A stretch of 54,769 nucleotides of DNA from positions 1-54,769 of the IMG/VR virus record IMGVR_UViG_3300021131_000008; one strand, written 5' to 3'. A model generated the notes under the pieces. The model saw nothing but the letters and a program-made list of their open reading frames with translations. It was not told the DNA's origin and ran no database searches. Below are positions 15,917 to 25,750 of the stretch, piece by piece (position 1 is the stretch's first letter; each line of letters starts with the position of its first letter). The position numbers were made by a program, and so were the translations under genes. This DNA is from a virus. Lineage: Duplodnaviria > Caudoviricetes.

Positions 15917-15961
15917 GCGGCAAAAGATGAAAATCTTTCAACACTTTAGGATCTTATAAAG

Positions 15962-16306
15962 ATGCCACCAAGCAAGTTTTCCGACGAAACGAGAAAAAGT
16001 ATTTCCGATAAGATGAAAGGAAACACGAACTCGACGAAGCACAAACCGTTCATTGAGATGTTGAACAGGAAAATCATACAGGATCCGAAGAAACTCGAGC
16101 GCATCGTCAATAGACTTCTGAAACAAGCGGAAGATGGAGAAGGTTGGGCCATTAAAGAAGTGGTCGATCGTTTGGATGGTAAGGCGGTTCAAATACAAGA
16201 GATCAGTGGCCCAGACGGAAACCCGATCGAAATTGAAAACGCAGGAAAGTTTGCCAACGAGCTTCTAACTGAACTGTTACGCAGTAGACAAAAAGAGGCT
16301 AAATGA
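15962..16306 (+). CDS. terS: Putative terminase small subunit
   Basis: Upstream of TerL. A..G..WAIKE..DRLDGK and ISGPDGNPIE motifs. Confidence 0.7.
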   Translation: MPPSKFSDETRKSISDKMKGNTNSTKHKPFIEMLNRKIIQDPKKLERIVNRLLKQAEDGEGWAIKEVVDRLDGKAVQIQEISGPDGNPIEIENAGKFANELLTELLRSRQKEAK

Positions 16307-16473
16307 TGGAAGACTTTAAACCAATGAATCGACAGACCGTACCCAATCCGATGACTTTAGAGCAAATGGCAGAGTTATTCGGCATCGACATGAAAGACGA
16401 CAAATCGGTCGTTCAAATGATGGAGATTGTAGACCGCGTAAGAATGATAGAACGATTTCATGGCATAGTTTAA
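16303..16473 (+). CDS. 56-aa hypothetical protein (not in the ORF track)
   Basis: MMEDFKPMNRQ...RMIERFHGIV with ATGA and TAATG overlaps with terS and terL. Confidence 0.6.
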   Translation: MMEDFKPMNRQTVPNPMTLEQMAELFGIDMKDDKSVVQMMEIVDRVRMIERFHGIV

Positions 16474-17903
16474 TGGATGACGCAGTAATAGAGCGAATTG
16501 CTCAGCGCATAGAAGAGAAGAAAGACGAGCTCGCTTTGTTACCCGCACCGATGCGTGCTGCGGTAAAAGCTCGCATCAAGTGGTTGAATCTTGCTAAGTC
16601 TCACCAAATACCTCCGGCGGGAGATTGGTGGGACATCTGGCTGTTACTTGCTGGTCGAGGTGCAGGCAAGACCCGTACTGCTGCCGAGGATATCTGGTGG
16701 CTGGCTTGGTCTACTCCTGGAACGCGGTCTCTGGTCTCAGCACCGACCTCAGCGGACGTACGGGACGTTTGTTTTGAAGGTGAATCAGGCTTGATGAGTA
16801 TAGTGCCTCCAGAAATCGTCAGAAACTATCGTAGCAGCTACCACGAGCTCGAGCTGACGAATGGCTCACTTATCAAAGGAATTCCTGCCAGCGAGCCTGG
16901 AAGGTTCCGTGGACCTCAGTTCCATCGCGGTTGGCTAGACGAGCTTGCAGCGTGGGACTACCTAGACGAAGCTTGGGACATGATCGCCTTCGGCATGCGG
17001 CTCGGCCAGCATCCCATCACGATCGTCACTACGACGCCAAAACCTAAACCCAAAATCGTAGAGCTGATAGATCGCGATGGTGACGACGTTGTGTACGTCT
17101 CGGCTAGCACCTACTCGAATATTGACAACCTTGCGCCATCGTTCAAGAAGCAGATACTTCAATACGAGGGAACCACGATGGGTCGGCAGGAGATCTACGC
17201 CGAGATCATCGATCCCGAAGAGTCCGGTGTCGTCAAACGCAACTGGTTTAAACTTTGGGATGCTGAGAAACCTCTACCTCAATTCGAGTACGTCGTACAG
17301 AGTTACGACTGTGCCACATCCGACAAGACTGTTAACGATCCGACTGCTTGTACGGTTTGGGGGATCTTCAAGCCTAACCCCGACAAACCGGTCAGCGTCA
17401 TGTTGATCGACTGTTGGACTGAGTACCTGAAGTACCCAGACCTCCGACCGAGGGTGATAGAAGAGTACAAGTCAGTCTACGGCGATATGAACGAGTTCGG
17501 CAACGGGAAAAAGGTCGACATGATATTGATCGAAGACAAGTCGGCAGGCATCTCGTTGATACAGGATCTTCAACGAGCTGGCCTACCGATACGCTCTTAC
17601 AATCCAGGAAACGCCGACAAGATGATGAGGCTAAACATTATTTCCCCCCTTATCGAGAAAGGTCGGGTATACTTGCCTGAATCTTCTAAAAATGAGGGGC
17701 ACGCTCGAGATTGGTGTGAGCCGTTGATCAACCAGCTTTGTTCGTTTCCTGATGTGCGGCATGACGATCTGGTTGACAGCACAACGCAAGCACTACGGAT
17801 TCTTCGAGACTTGGGTTTTTTGGTGATTGATTATATCCCAGACGATACGGATATGTACATAGACGACACTAGACCTAGAAGGGTTAACCCATATGCCGTA
17901 TGA
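16473..17903 (+). CDS. terL: Terminase large subunit
   Basis: Walker A AGRGAGKT, Walker B WLDE, TTTP motif III, and RNase H-like SYDCA, IEDK and HDDLVDS. Confidence 0.96.
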   Translation: MDDAVIERIAQRIEEKKDELALLPAPMRAAVKARIKWLNLAKSHQIPPAGDWWDIWLLLAGRGAGKTRTAAEDIWWLAWSTPGTRSLVSAPTSADVRDVCFEGESGLMSIVPPEIVRNYRSSYHELELTNGSLIKGIPASEPGRFRGPQFHRGWLDELAAWDYLDEAWDMIAFGMRLGQHPITIVTTTPKPKPKIVELIDRDGDDVVYVSASTYSNIDNLAPSFKKQILQYEGTTMGRQEIYAEIIDPEESGVVKRNWFKLWDAEKPLPQFEYVVQSYDCATSDKTVNDPTACTVWGIFKPNPDKPVSVMLIDCWTEYLKYPDLRPRVIEEYKSVYGDMNEFGNGKKVDMILIEDKSAGISLIQDLQRAGLPIRSYNPGNADKMMRLNIISPLIEKGRVYLPESSKNEGHARDWCEPLINQLCSFPDVRHDDLVDSTTQALRILRDLGFLVIDYIPDDTDMYIDDTRPRRVNPYAV

Positions 17904-20900
17904 CGCATTAGGCAACTATGTTCCAGGAGATGATACTCCTACATCCGATGACATGAGCTACGCTACATCGGTACCCACAGCGCAATCTTATCAGCAGCAA
18001 CGCATGGCTCGTGTGCCACAGAATCTACAAGGCATGGGCGCACCAGCACGTGGCCTGACTGATCTATTGACCGGCGCAGCCAAAGGCACATTAGCCGCAA
18101 CAGTAGGTGCTCCAGGAGATATAAGCCAGATGCTGCGGGACATGTCGCCTGAAGTCAGGGCGGTCATGGAACGTAAGTTTGGGTCACGAAGCTTCCCTAC
18201 GACGCAAGAGACATTGCCCTACATCCCGTCAACAAACCTCTCGGGTACGAATGTCGGAGAGACGGGCACAACGTTAGGTTCAAACATCGTAGCGCCATTG
18301 GCCGGTCCGCAGCTCTTAGGTGCAGCTGCCCGTGGCACAGCAAAAGCAGCCAAGGCTGCCGCCCCAAGCGTAGCGCAAATGGCAGCTGAGCTAATGGAGA
18401 AGCAAGGCCTCGGCCCAATGTATGTGGTCAAGCCTAATAAGGGTGGCAACTGGCTAAAGGACGAGGTTGAGCATGCGGTGAAGCCGCTGAAGTCTCGTAC
18501 CCCTGCTATGGGGCCATTTGGAGACCCTGTACCATACCATTTGCAAGACATTGCTAGTGATAACCCCGTTAACGCCTGGATCGACAAGAAACTTGTGCCG
18601 TATATCAAAAATGAGATGGGCACACCGGAAGATCCAGTTCGGCTAGGCATTGAGAAACGTGTTGCGGACGCTGAAGCTAGAAAAGCGCAAGGTGAAAAGC
18701 GTATAGCTAAACTTCAGACGGCAGTAGCTGAAGGCGAACGACTTGGTGCACCGTCGCAACTAACACGTGATCGGTTAGCAACTGAAATTGATAACGTTGC
18801 AAATCAGTACAACACTGACATGGCATCCGTCATGCACTCCGACGATTTAAACTATAATAATAACTATACTCCTCGTAACCAAATGTCGACGACAGCGCAG
18901 TCTAAGCACTGGGAAGGCGCAAGTGACATACAAATCGGTGAAAACAAGGCAGGAGAACTGATAGAGGAAAAACCGTTCCTTGTAACTGGCCCATTTAACG
19001 CTCGCTTAAAAACACGAGAAGAAGCACAGGCATATCTTGACAGGCTAAATAAGCTGGGTGAATTTGCGCCTGAGCTAGCTAAAAAATTGCGTTTATATCC
19101 ACCAAAGATTGTAGAAACAGGCGCACACATTGAAAATCCATGGCTCAAAAAAGTTGCATCTGATACGCCTGTGTACAGGATGTCAACGGGCGTAGATGAC
19201 GATTTGCAGTTTAAGCATCTTACCGACGAGCTGAAGAACGCACTGAATCCGCAGTCAGGTCTTCCACCTGAGCTATTGCTTTCACCGAATAAGATGCCTA
19301 AGACCGTTGATGATGCCATAGCGCATGTTGGCAAGATCAATGCGTGGCGAGCTCGTAATATGGCGAACGCGCAAATTAAAATTACTGAGGGGATGCCAGT
19401 TCACAAACAGTACCCCGAAGGTTACAAATGGCTTGAGTTAACAAAACCCAAACTGCCAGACGTATTGCCAGACGCATTGCCAGAGGGCTACACAGTCAAA
19501 CCTACTGAAAAGGAGGGCTGGTTTTCGGTTCACGAACCACCTTCCGAAAATTATCCCAATGGACGAAGCACTGGTGCAGTGGGTCGATCGCCCGAAGAGG
19601 CTATTGCTAATCATGATTTTAGTAGAGACGCTCTTGATAAAGCCCTCAAGTATGAAGGCGCGACCATGGGCCACTGCGTTGGAAGCTATTGCGAAGATGT
19701 TGAAAGTGGAAGATCTCGCATTTATAGTTTACGTGACGCAAAAGGTGAGCCTCATGTGACTGTTGAAGTCATGCCTAAAAGTATTAACAATTGGAAAGAT
19801 GTTAAGGCATTAGTTGGCCCAGAGAAAGGCGAGGAATTGCTTGGGGAATTCAGCCAGTTGCCCGATGTTTCTGAGGGAGATACTTACAGAAAGTTTATTG
19901 ATTTTATTGAAAGCAAAGGAATTAAAGCGCCTGAGATTATCAACCAAATCAAAGGCAAAGGCGACGGTGCGGTTAAGGAAAAATATTGGCCATATGTGCA
20001 TGATTTTGTTAAATCACAACCATGGAGTAAAGTTCGTGAGTTAGAAAACGCTGGACTAATGCCTTTTAAAGGCGGCTATATTACTGAGCCTGAATTTAAA
20101 GCATACACAAAATCAGTTATAGACCCTGCAAAAGAGTGGTACTACAATTCGCCTTATCATCAGACGTATAAGCAGGACTTTGATCGTAAGTCTGATTTGT
20201 ACAAAGACTTAAATCAATGGTCTGAAAGAACTAACATACCTGTAGGTCGACAAAAATTTAGTATTTCTGATATTAACGGTGTGCTTTCTGATACAGGTGG
20301 CCATGATATATCGACGCTGGAAAACGTACGTGATGCCGTTGACTGGTTAAAAGCAAATCAACCAGAGATACCAAAGCATCTATTGCCTGAGACGCCGCCC
20401 ACAAAAGGCATGAAAGACGGCGGTATCGTGCACATGAAAGAAGGTGGTAGAGCCATACCAAACGGCTTTGATCTTAACCAGTATATGCCTTCTGCACCGG
20501 CTAATGCGCAGCCTATTGCTACGGAGCCTACGCCACAAGCCACTATTGAGCAGATGCGAGCAGAGTTGCAACGAGCCAAAGAAGGCACACAAGCGTTATC
20601 AGCGCAGTTTCCGTCAGTTAAACCGGCGTTTCCTGACTTAGGTAAAGCGTATGGCGCAACTGAAGCTGCAGGCAATATGCTTTACAATACTGCAATAGCG
20701 GTTCCAGGCGCATTTGGTGCTGTAGGCAAGAGCATTAACGACTACGCAGCAGGTCGTACGCCCTATCCTGCAACGTCGCTAGACACGCATATGGGCGACT
20801 TTATGCAACAATATGGCTCAGCGCCTAGTACGCCAACGGGCCAAGAGTACTATAACAAAGCATCCGAAGTTTTAAGCAACATACCGCCTGTAATGCCTGA

Positions 20901-22299
20901 GTTACATGCTGCGCCATCGATAGCGCAGATGAAAGCTGAGTTGCAGTATGGCGCAGCTAAAGCTGCACCGCATGCAGGAAAAGCTGTACATAATATACTT
21001 GAAGCGCAAGGTTTAGGGCCTAGCTATGTTGTACCGCCTGAAAGTGTGCATCCAATTCTTGATCGTTTACAGACTACAGTGTCGCCCAAAATCGCGCATG
21101 CTGCGTCAACGTCAAAAGAAACAGGTAAACCGCTTGTTCAGCATCTTACTGATAAAGAGCGCGATACGATTATGAATGCATCTCTAATTCTTAGACGGTC
21201 GCAACTAGGCGATATTTTTGGGCCTAATGGTCGATTATTGAATGTGCATGAAAGTGGCAAAACAACCGCAGCAGCAGGTGCTAAAAACTCTATTAAAATT
21301 CGTTCGGAATGGGAACCTCAGTTTCTTGGTGGAACAGACATTAATTACGGCTATTTAACGTCTAACCCGCTAAGTACGACTAAATTACCTGTTGAGCTTC
21401 AATACAATAAAAAAGGTGACCCGTATCTTATGCCTGCTGATGATGTTATTCATTACGGGTCATACGGGCTTGAATTAGGTCCTGAAGCAAGAAGTAGATC
21501 GACGTTTACGTTAGGAGACTCTCTTGACGGAGGCCGAGGAAACTATGCAACGGCTGAAAGCATTATCAACCCTCCTGGCCCGCGCCACGACATTGCACAG
21601 CCAGGATCGATATTGCATGATCTTGCTAAAAACTACTGGGATACGTATTTGCCGATTATTGATAAAATGCGCAGTAAAACCGGTGTTATTGATCACTATG
21701 CTGCTGCAGAAATGATGAAAGAGCTTGGATTTGCAGGTCATTTCAGAGACTATTTGGCACAAGAAGGGTTTGGGCAAATGGGCGCCAATTTTCCTAGATT
21801 ATCGCCTAGGCCAATTAACGACCCGCGGTCTACGCCACTAATGAATACTGAGAGATTTAACTTAGGGGTTCTTGATCGACAAATTGATCGATCGTTGCCT
21901 TCAATGGGCGCGGATTACATAGAAGGTCAGGTTCACGGAGGCGTACAGCCGCAGGACGTTACGCGACTATACGACTTTAACTATGAGCCTAGTCTTGCCG
22001 TTGAAAAGAGAGCTAAGAAGTTTGGCATTGAGTATGTGCCTATGCCAAACGATACAATCTACAGTCTTGTGCAAAAAGAGCAACCTAAAACAAAACGTGA
22101 ACTTGCTGAGCTGCTAGGCCCAGAACGGTTTCGAGGCGCTAAAAATTATCTGCCTTCGAACAAATCACAAGCATCATGGGCTGATGCGCCTGCTCCTAAA
22201 TTCGGCAAAAGTTTCAAAAACGGCGGCGTGGTTCATATGCAAGAAGGCGGTAATGTTAACATTGACGAAATGCGCTTAGCGCTAACAAGGGGTAGATAA
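17893..22299 (+). CDS. Large modular (polyvalent-type) protein with PcfJ-like and DUF3626/ART-like domains
   Basis: EGATMGHCVGSY..IYSLRD..GEPHVTVEV (PcfJ-like), NYG/YG..RSTFTLGDS/YIEGQVHG (DUF3626-like), and four hydrophobic-xx-GG motifs. Confidence 0.65.
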   Translation: MPYDALGNYVPGDDTPTSDDMSYATSVPTAQSYQQQRMARVPQNLQGMGAPARGLTDLLTGAAKGTLAATVGAPGDISQMLRDMSPEVRAVMERKFGSRSFPTTQETLPYIPSTNLSGTNVGETGTTLGSNIVAPLAGPQLLGAAARGTAKAAKAAAPSVAQMAAELMEKQGLGPMYVVKPNKGGNWLKDEVEHAVKPLKSRTPAMGPFGDPVPYHLQDIASDNPVNAWIDKKLVPYIKNEMGTPEDPVRLGIEKRVADAEARKAQGEKRIAKLQTAVAEGERLGAPSQLTRDRLATEIDNVANQYNTDMASVMHSDDLNYNNNYTPRNQMSTTAQSKHWEGASDIQIGENKAGELIEEKPFLVTGPFNARLKTREEAQAYLDRLNKLGEFAPELAKKLRLYPPKIVETGAHIENPWLKKVASDTPVYRMSTGVDDDLQFKHLTDELKNALNPQSGLPPELLLSPNKMPKTVDDAIAHVGKINAWRARNMANAQIKITEGMPVHKQYPEGYKWLELTKPKLPDVLPDALPEGYTVKPTEKEGWFSVHEPPSENYPNGRSTGAVGRSPEEAIANHDFSRDALDKALKYEGATMGHCVGSYCEDVESGRSRIYSLRDAKGEPHVTVEVMPKSINNWKDVKALVGPEKGEELLGEFSQLPDVSEGDTYRKFIDFIESKGIKAPEIINQIKGKGDGAVKEKYWPYVHDFVKSQPWSKVRELENAGLMPFKGGYITEPEFKAYTKSVIDPAKEWYYNSPYHQTYKQDFDRKSDLYKDLNQWSERTNIPVGRQKFSISDINGVLSDTGGHDISTLENVRDAVDWLKANQPEIPKHLLPETPPTKGMKDGGIVHMKEGGRAIPNGFDLNQYMPSAPANAQPIATEPTPQATIEQMRAELQRAKEGTQALSAQFPSVKPAFPDLGKAYGATEAAGNMLYNTAIAVPGAFGAVGKSINDYAAGRTPYPATSLDTHMGDFMQQYGSAPSTPTGQEYYNKASEVLSNIPPVMPELHAAPSIAQMKAELQYGAAKAAPHAGKAVHNILEAQGLGPSYVVPPESVHPILDRLQTTVSPKIAHAASTSKETGKPLVQHLTDKERDTIMNASLILRRSQLGDIFGPNGRLLNVHESGKTTAAAGAKNSIKIRSEWEPQFLGGTDINYGYLTSNPLSTTKLPVELQYNKKGDPYLMPADDVIHYGSYGLELGPEARSRSTFTLGDSLDGGRGNYATAESIINPPGPRHDIAQPGSILHDLAKNYWDTYLPIIDKMRSKTGVIDHYAAAEMMKELGFAGHFRDYLAQEGFGQMGANFPRLSPRPINDPRSTPLMNTERFNLGVLDRQIDRSLPSMGADYIEGQVHGGVQPQDVTRLYDFNYEPSLAVEKRAKKFGIEYVPMPNDTIYSLVQKEQPKTKRELAELLGPERFRGAKNYLPSNKSQASWADAPAPKFGKSFKNGGVVHMQEGGNVNIDEMRLALTRGR

Positions 22300-24857
22300 T
22301 GGCTTTAGAAATGCCCATTCCACAAGATTACGATCGTCATATTGACGGTATCGCCAATTCACCTGAAGCACACGACTCTGTCTATGAGCTATTTGAGCAG
22401 GAGGCACCTGAGGTTGAAGAGTTGCCCGATGGCTCAGCTATAGTCAGAATGAAAGACTTGAAAGGCCCAGACGACAATCCAAACTTCTATGAAAACTTAG
22501 CCGACAAGTTTGACTCATGGGACCTTTCAAGCCTCGCATTAAAGTACCTCGAGCTTATTGAGAAAGACAAACAAGCTCGAGAAGACAGGGATAAACAATA
22601 CGAAGACGGGATACGCCGGACTGGGTTAGGTCAAGACGCTCCTGGAGGCGCGCAGTTTCAAGGTGCCTCAAAGGTGGTTCATCCAGTCATGGCGGAAGCC
22701 TGCGTTGACTTTGCAGCCCGTGCTATTAAAGAGCTCTTTCCGCCTGATGGCCCAGTGCGGTCTAAAATTATTGGCGACGTTACGGAAGAAAAAACTAATA
22801 AAGCAGATCGCAAACGCGACTACATGAACTGGCAAATCACGGAACAGATTGAAGAGTATCGTGACGAACAAGAGCAGATGTTTACGCAATTGCCACTAGG
22901 TGGTAGCCAGTATTTTAAAATCTGGTATGACCACCAAAAACGTAGACCTTGCGCTGAGTTCGTGCCCATTGACAATATTTATTTACCGTTTGCCGCGGGT
23001 AACTTTTATACCGCTGCGCGTATGACGGAAGTTCAAGACATAACGCAAGAACAATATGACATACGAGTTCAAGACGGGTTGTATGCCGATCTTGACGTTT
23101 ATCGCGCTCCAATGGAGCCCAATGAAAGCAAAGCGCAGAAAGCTAACGACAAGATTGAAGGCCGCAATCGTAAGCATGACAACGTAGACGGCGTGCGGCG
23201 TGTATTTCATATTCAAACATGGCTTGAGCGAGATGATGACAAGATTACTGGCGGCCAACGTGCGCCTTATATCTTAATGCTTGACGAGAATGAGCGCGGT
23301 GTTATTGGGCTATACCGGAATTGGGAGGATGGGGATGAACGGTTTACGAGACTGGATCACATTATCGAGTTTAAGTTCATTCCTTGGCGCGGTGCTTACG
23401 CAATTGGTTTGCCTCATCTTATTGGTGGGTTATCTGCTGCTCTTACTGGCGCTTTGCGTGCTTTGCTGGATTCTGCTCACATAAACACCGCGCCAACGAT
23501 GTTGAAGTTGAAAGGCGGCAAAATATCAGGGCAATCAACTAGCATTGAGCCTACGCAGGTATCTGAGATTGAAGGCGCTCCAGGTGTTGATGATATACGC
23601 AAGATTGCAATGCCTGTGCCTTTTAACCCGCCTTCGCCAGTACTATTCGAGCTTTTAGGCTGGTTGACTGCTGCTGCCAAAGGCGTGGTTACTACGTCAG
23701 AAGAGAAGATTGCAGATGTAAGTAGTCAGGCTCCAGTAGGCACAACGCAAGCATTGATTGAGCAAGGCGCAGCGGTGTTTAGTTCTATTCATGCTCGTAT
23801 GCACGCCTCCCAGCATCGAGTGTTTAAAGTCCTAGCACGTTTGAACCGTTGGTATTTAGACGAGCAATACAAGAACGACATCATTGAGGACTTGAATGTC
23901 ACGGCGGCAGACTTTGAGTCTAACTCTGATGTCATCCCCGTTAGTGACCCGCACATTTTTGCTGAGTCACAGCGCTACGCGCAGATTCAAACGCTAGCAG
24001 CTCGTGCGCAAGCTAACCCTGATTTATACAACCGCCTTGAGGTTGAGAAACGTATTCTTAAGCAGATCAAGTTGCCTGATATTAATTCATTGCTACCTGA
24101 TCCGCAAGAAACTCAAGACATGAATCCTGCGCTTGAGAACGTAGCTATGACCATGGGTGACCCTATCAGCGCGTACCCTGCGCAAGACCATATGTCACAT
24201 TTTATGACGCATATGCTTTATGCTAAAGACCCGTTATTTGGTGCTAACCCTGCCATTATGCCTAAGTTTGTACCGGCTTGCATTGAGCATTTGAAACAGC
24301 ATTTAACGCTTTGGTACTTATCAATGGCCGATGGGTACACCAGTGCGGCGCTGGGTAAACCGTATGACGTGTTAAAGGTGCAACCTACAATAATAGAAGC
24401 GCAAAAGTTATTAGCCGCTGCAGTGCAGCATGTGCATCAAGACGGCAAAGAGCAATTAAGCGCCATAGGGCAAACAATGGGGCAAATGCATCAAATGCTT
24501 CAGCAATTGCAACAGCAACAACAGCAAGGGCAAATACCTGTTGATCCTAACATTACTGCTCAAGTTCAGGCTCTTATGCAAACTTCCATGGCTGAAACTC
24601 AGCGCAAAGCTCAAAAAGATCAAGCTGATCTACAGTTAAATGCACAAAAGCTACAACAAGCGCAAACAGATGCGTCACAAAAATTGCAGACTGATGTTAT
24701 CCTTAACTCGCAAAACAATCTTACCACTGAGCGCATCAAGTCAGCTGAGCTTAGTAAAGACGCAGCACAGTTACAGCATGAGCAACTGAAAACTGTTATG
24801 GAAGCTCACGGTCGTATTCAAACAAATTTAGGAGATAAAAATGTCAGAAGCCATTAG
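22299..24857 (+). CDS. Portal protein
   Basis: 852 aa after the terminase. GASKVVHP..AEA.V.F.A.A..ELFP..GPV, F.PW.G.Y.IGL.HLIGG, APVGTT.AL.E and a Gln-rich C-terminal coiled coil. Confidence 0.88.
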   Translation: MALEMPIPQDYDRHIDGIANSPEAHDSVYELFEQEAPEVEELPDGSAIVRMKDLKGPDDNPNFYENLADKFDSWDLSSLALKYLELIEKDKQAREDRDKQYEDGIRRTGLGQDAPGGAQFQGASKVVHPVMAEACVDFAARAIKELFPPDGPVRSKIIGDVTEEKTNKADRKRDYMNWQITEQIEEYRDEQEQMFTQLPLGGSQYFKIWYDHQKRRPCAEFVPIDNIYLPFAAGNFYTAARMTEVQDITQEQYDIRVQDGLYADLDVYRAPMEPNESKAQKANDKIEGRNRKHDNVDGVRRVFHIQTWLERDDDKITGGQRAPYILMLDENERGVIGLYRNWEDGDERFTRLDHIIEFKFIPWRGAYAIGLPHLIGGLSAALTGALRALLDSAHINTAPTMLKLKGGKISGQSTSIEPTQVSEIEGAPGVDDIRKIAMPVPFNPPSPVLFELLGWLTAAAKGVVTTSEEKIADVSSQAPVGTTQALIEQGAAVFSSIHARMHASQHRVFKVLARLNRWYLDEQYKNDIIEDLNVTAADFESNSDVIPVSDPHIFAESQRYAQIQTLAARAQANPDLYNRLEVEKRILKQIKLPDINSLLPDPQETQDMNPALENVAMTMGDPISAYPAQDHMSHFMTHMLYAKDPLFGANPAIMPKFVPACIEHLKQHLTLWYLSMADGYTSAALGKPYDVLKVQPTIIEAQKLLAAAVQHVHQDGKEQLSAIGQTMGQMHQMLQQLQQQQQQGQIPVDPNITAQVQALMQTSMAETQRKAQKDQADLQLNAQKLQQAQTDASQKLQTDVILNSQNNLTTERIKSAELSKDAAQLQHEQLKTVMEAHGRIQTNLGDKNVRSH

Positions 24858-25134
24858 TATGCATAAACGCATGGCGATGTATGGCCAAGATGAAGCAACG
24901 CATCTTAAGAAAGGAGGCAAGGTAGCAAAGTTTGCAAAGGGTGGCGCGGTAGGTGCTTATCCTGAGCGTGGTGTAACTAATCTTCCGGCTAAAGGTGTTA
25001 AGCCTAAGATTGAAAAACCTGTACCCCATGCTATTGCAACAATGAAAAAGGGTGGTGGCGCTAAAAAACACGGTGTAGGTCTAACCGTTATTATGGCGAT
25101 GCCAGTCAAAAGAGGTGCTGGGCGAGGACGTTAA
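24841..25134 (+). CDS. Small basic protein with three GG motifs
   Basis: LKKGG, FAKGG and MKKGG, with an AGGAG RBS. Confidence 0.7.
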   Translation: MSEAISMHKRMAMYGQDEATHLKKGGKVAKFAKGGAVGAYPERGVTNLPAKGVKPKIEKPVPHAIATMKKGGGAKKHGVGLTVIMAMPVKRGAGRGR

Positions 25135-25316
25135 TGGAAATTAGCGCCCTCATTACGCTGATCAAACACCGGCAACAAGAAATTGTTACTGGGATGGCAA
25201 ACGGGAATTGTATAAATTTCGAGAGTTATCAACGTTTGGTTGGCCAGCATGTGGGATTGCAAGAATGTTTGCAATTTATTGATAACTTACTAAACGAGGA
25301 AAGAAATGTCGAATGA
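25134..25316 (+). CDS. Hypothetical head-module protein
   Basis: Coupled to both neighbours. FESYQRLVG...GL. Confidence 0.65.
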   Translation: MEISALITLIKHRQQEIVTGMANGNCINFESYQRLVGQHVGLQECLQFIDNLLNEERNVE

Positions 25317-25731
25317 CGTTACAGAACAGACGCTTGATGAAGCGTTTCCTGCAGTAGACCCAATGATGGCGCCTTATGGTGGTAGAGTTTTAGTGCAAGT
25401 GCGCGCTGTAAAAGAGCGTGTAACTTCTGCTGGGATTCATCTGCCTTCAGAAACAAAAGAAACCGAGAAGTGGAATACCATGATCGGTAAAGTAATTGCC
25501 ATTGGGCCGCTTGCATTTAAAAAGCGTGATACGATGGAACCGTGGCCAGAAGGTTCCTGGGCTCAAGTTGGTGATTTTGTACGCTTTCCTAAATGGGGCG
25601 GTGATCGTTGGGAAGTAGAATTTACAGACGCAAGTGGCATTAAAGGCCAAGCGTTATTTACTTTCTTCAATGACCACGAACTGATTGGAAAAGTAACCGG
25701 TGATCCGCGCGGCATTCGCGCATTTATCTAA
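25306..25731 (+). CDS. groES: GroES-like co-chaperonin
   Basis: P.GGRVLV, mobile loop TSAGIHLP, GKVIAIGP, VGDFV.F.KWGG and ND.ELIG. Confidence 0.88.
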   Translation: MSNDVTEQTLDEAFPAVDPMMAPYGGRVLVQVRAVKERVTSAGIHLPSETKETEKWNTMIGKVIAIGPLAFKKRDTMEPWPEGSWAQVGDFVRFPKWGGDRWEVEFTDASGIKGQALFTFFNDHELIGKVTGDPRGIRAFI

Positions 25732-25750
25732 GTTTTGAAAGGAAACTGAT

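Noticed and set aside
15572-15949. 125-aa ORF (FYRFYRFF...) as a protein
   Set aside because: Its repeats are translations of the iteron units in both orientations. A DNA-level function explains the sequence better, though coding is not excluded.
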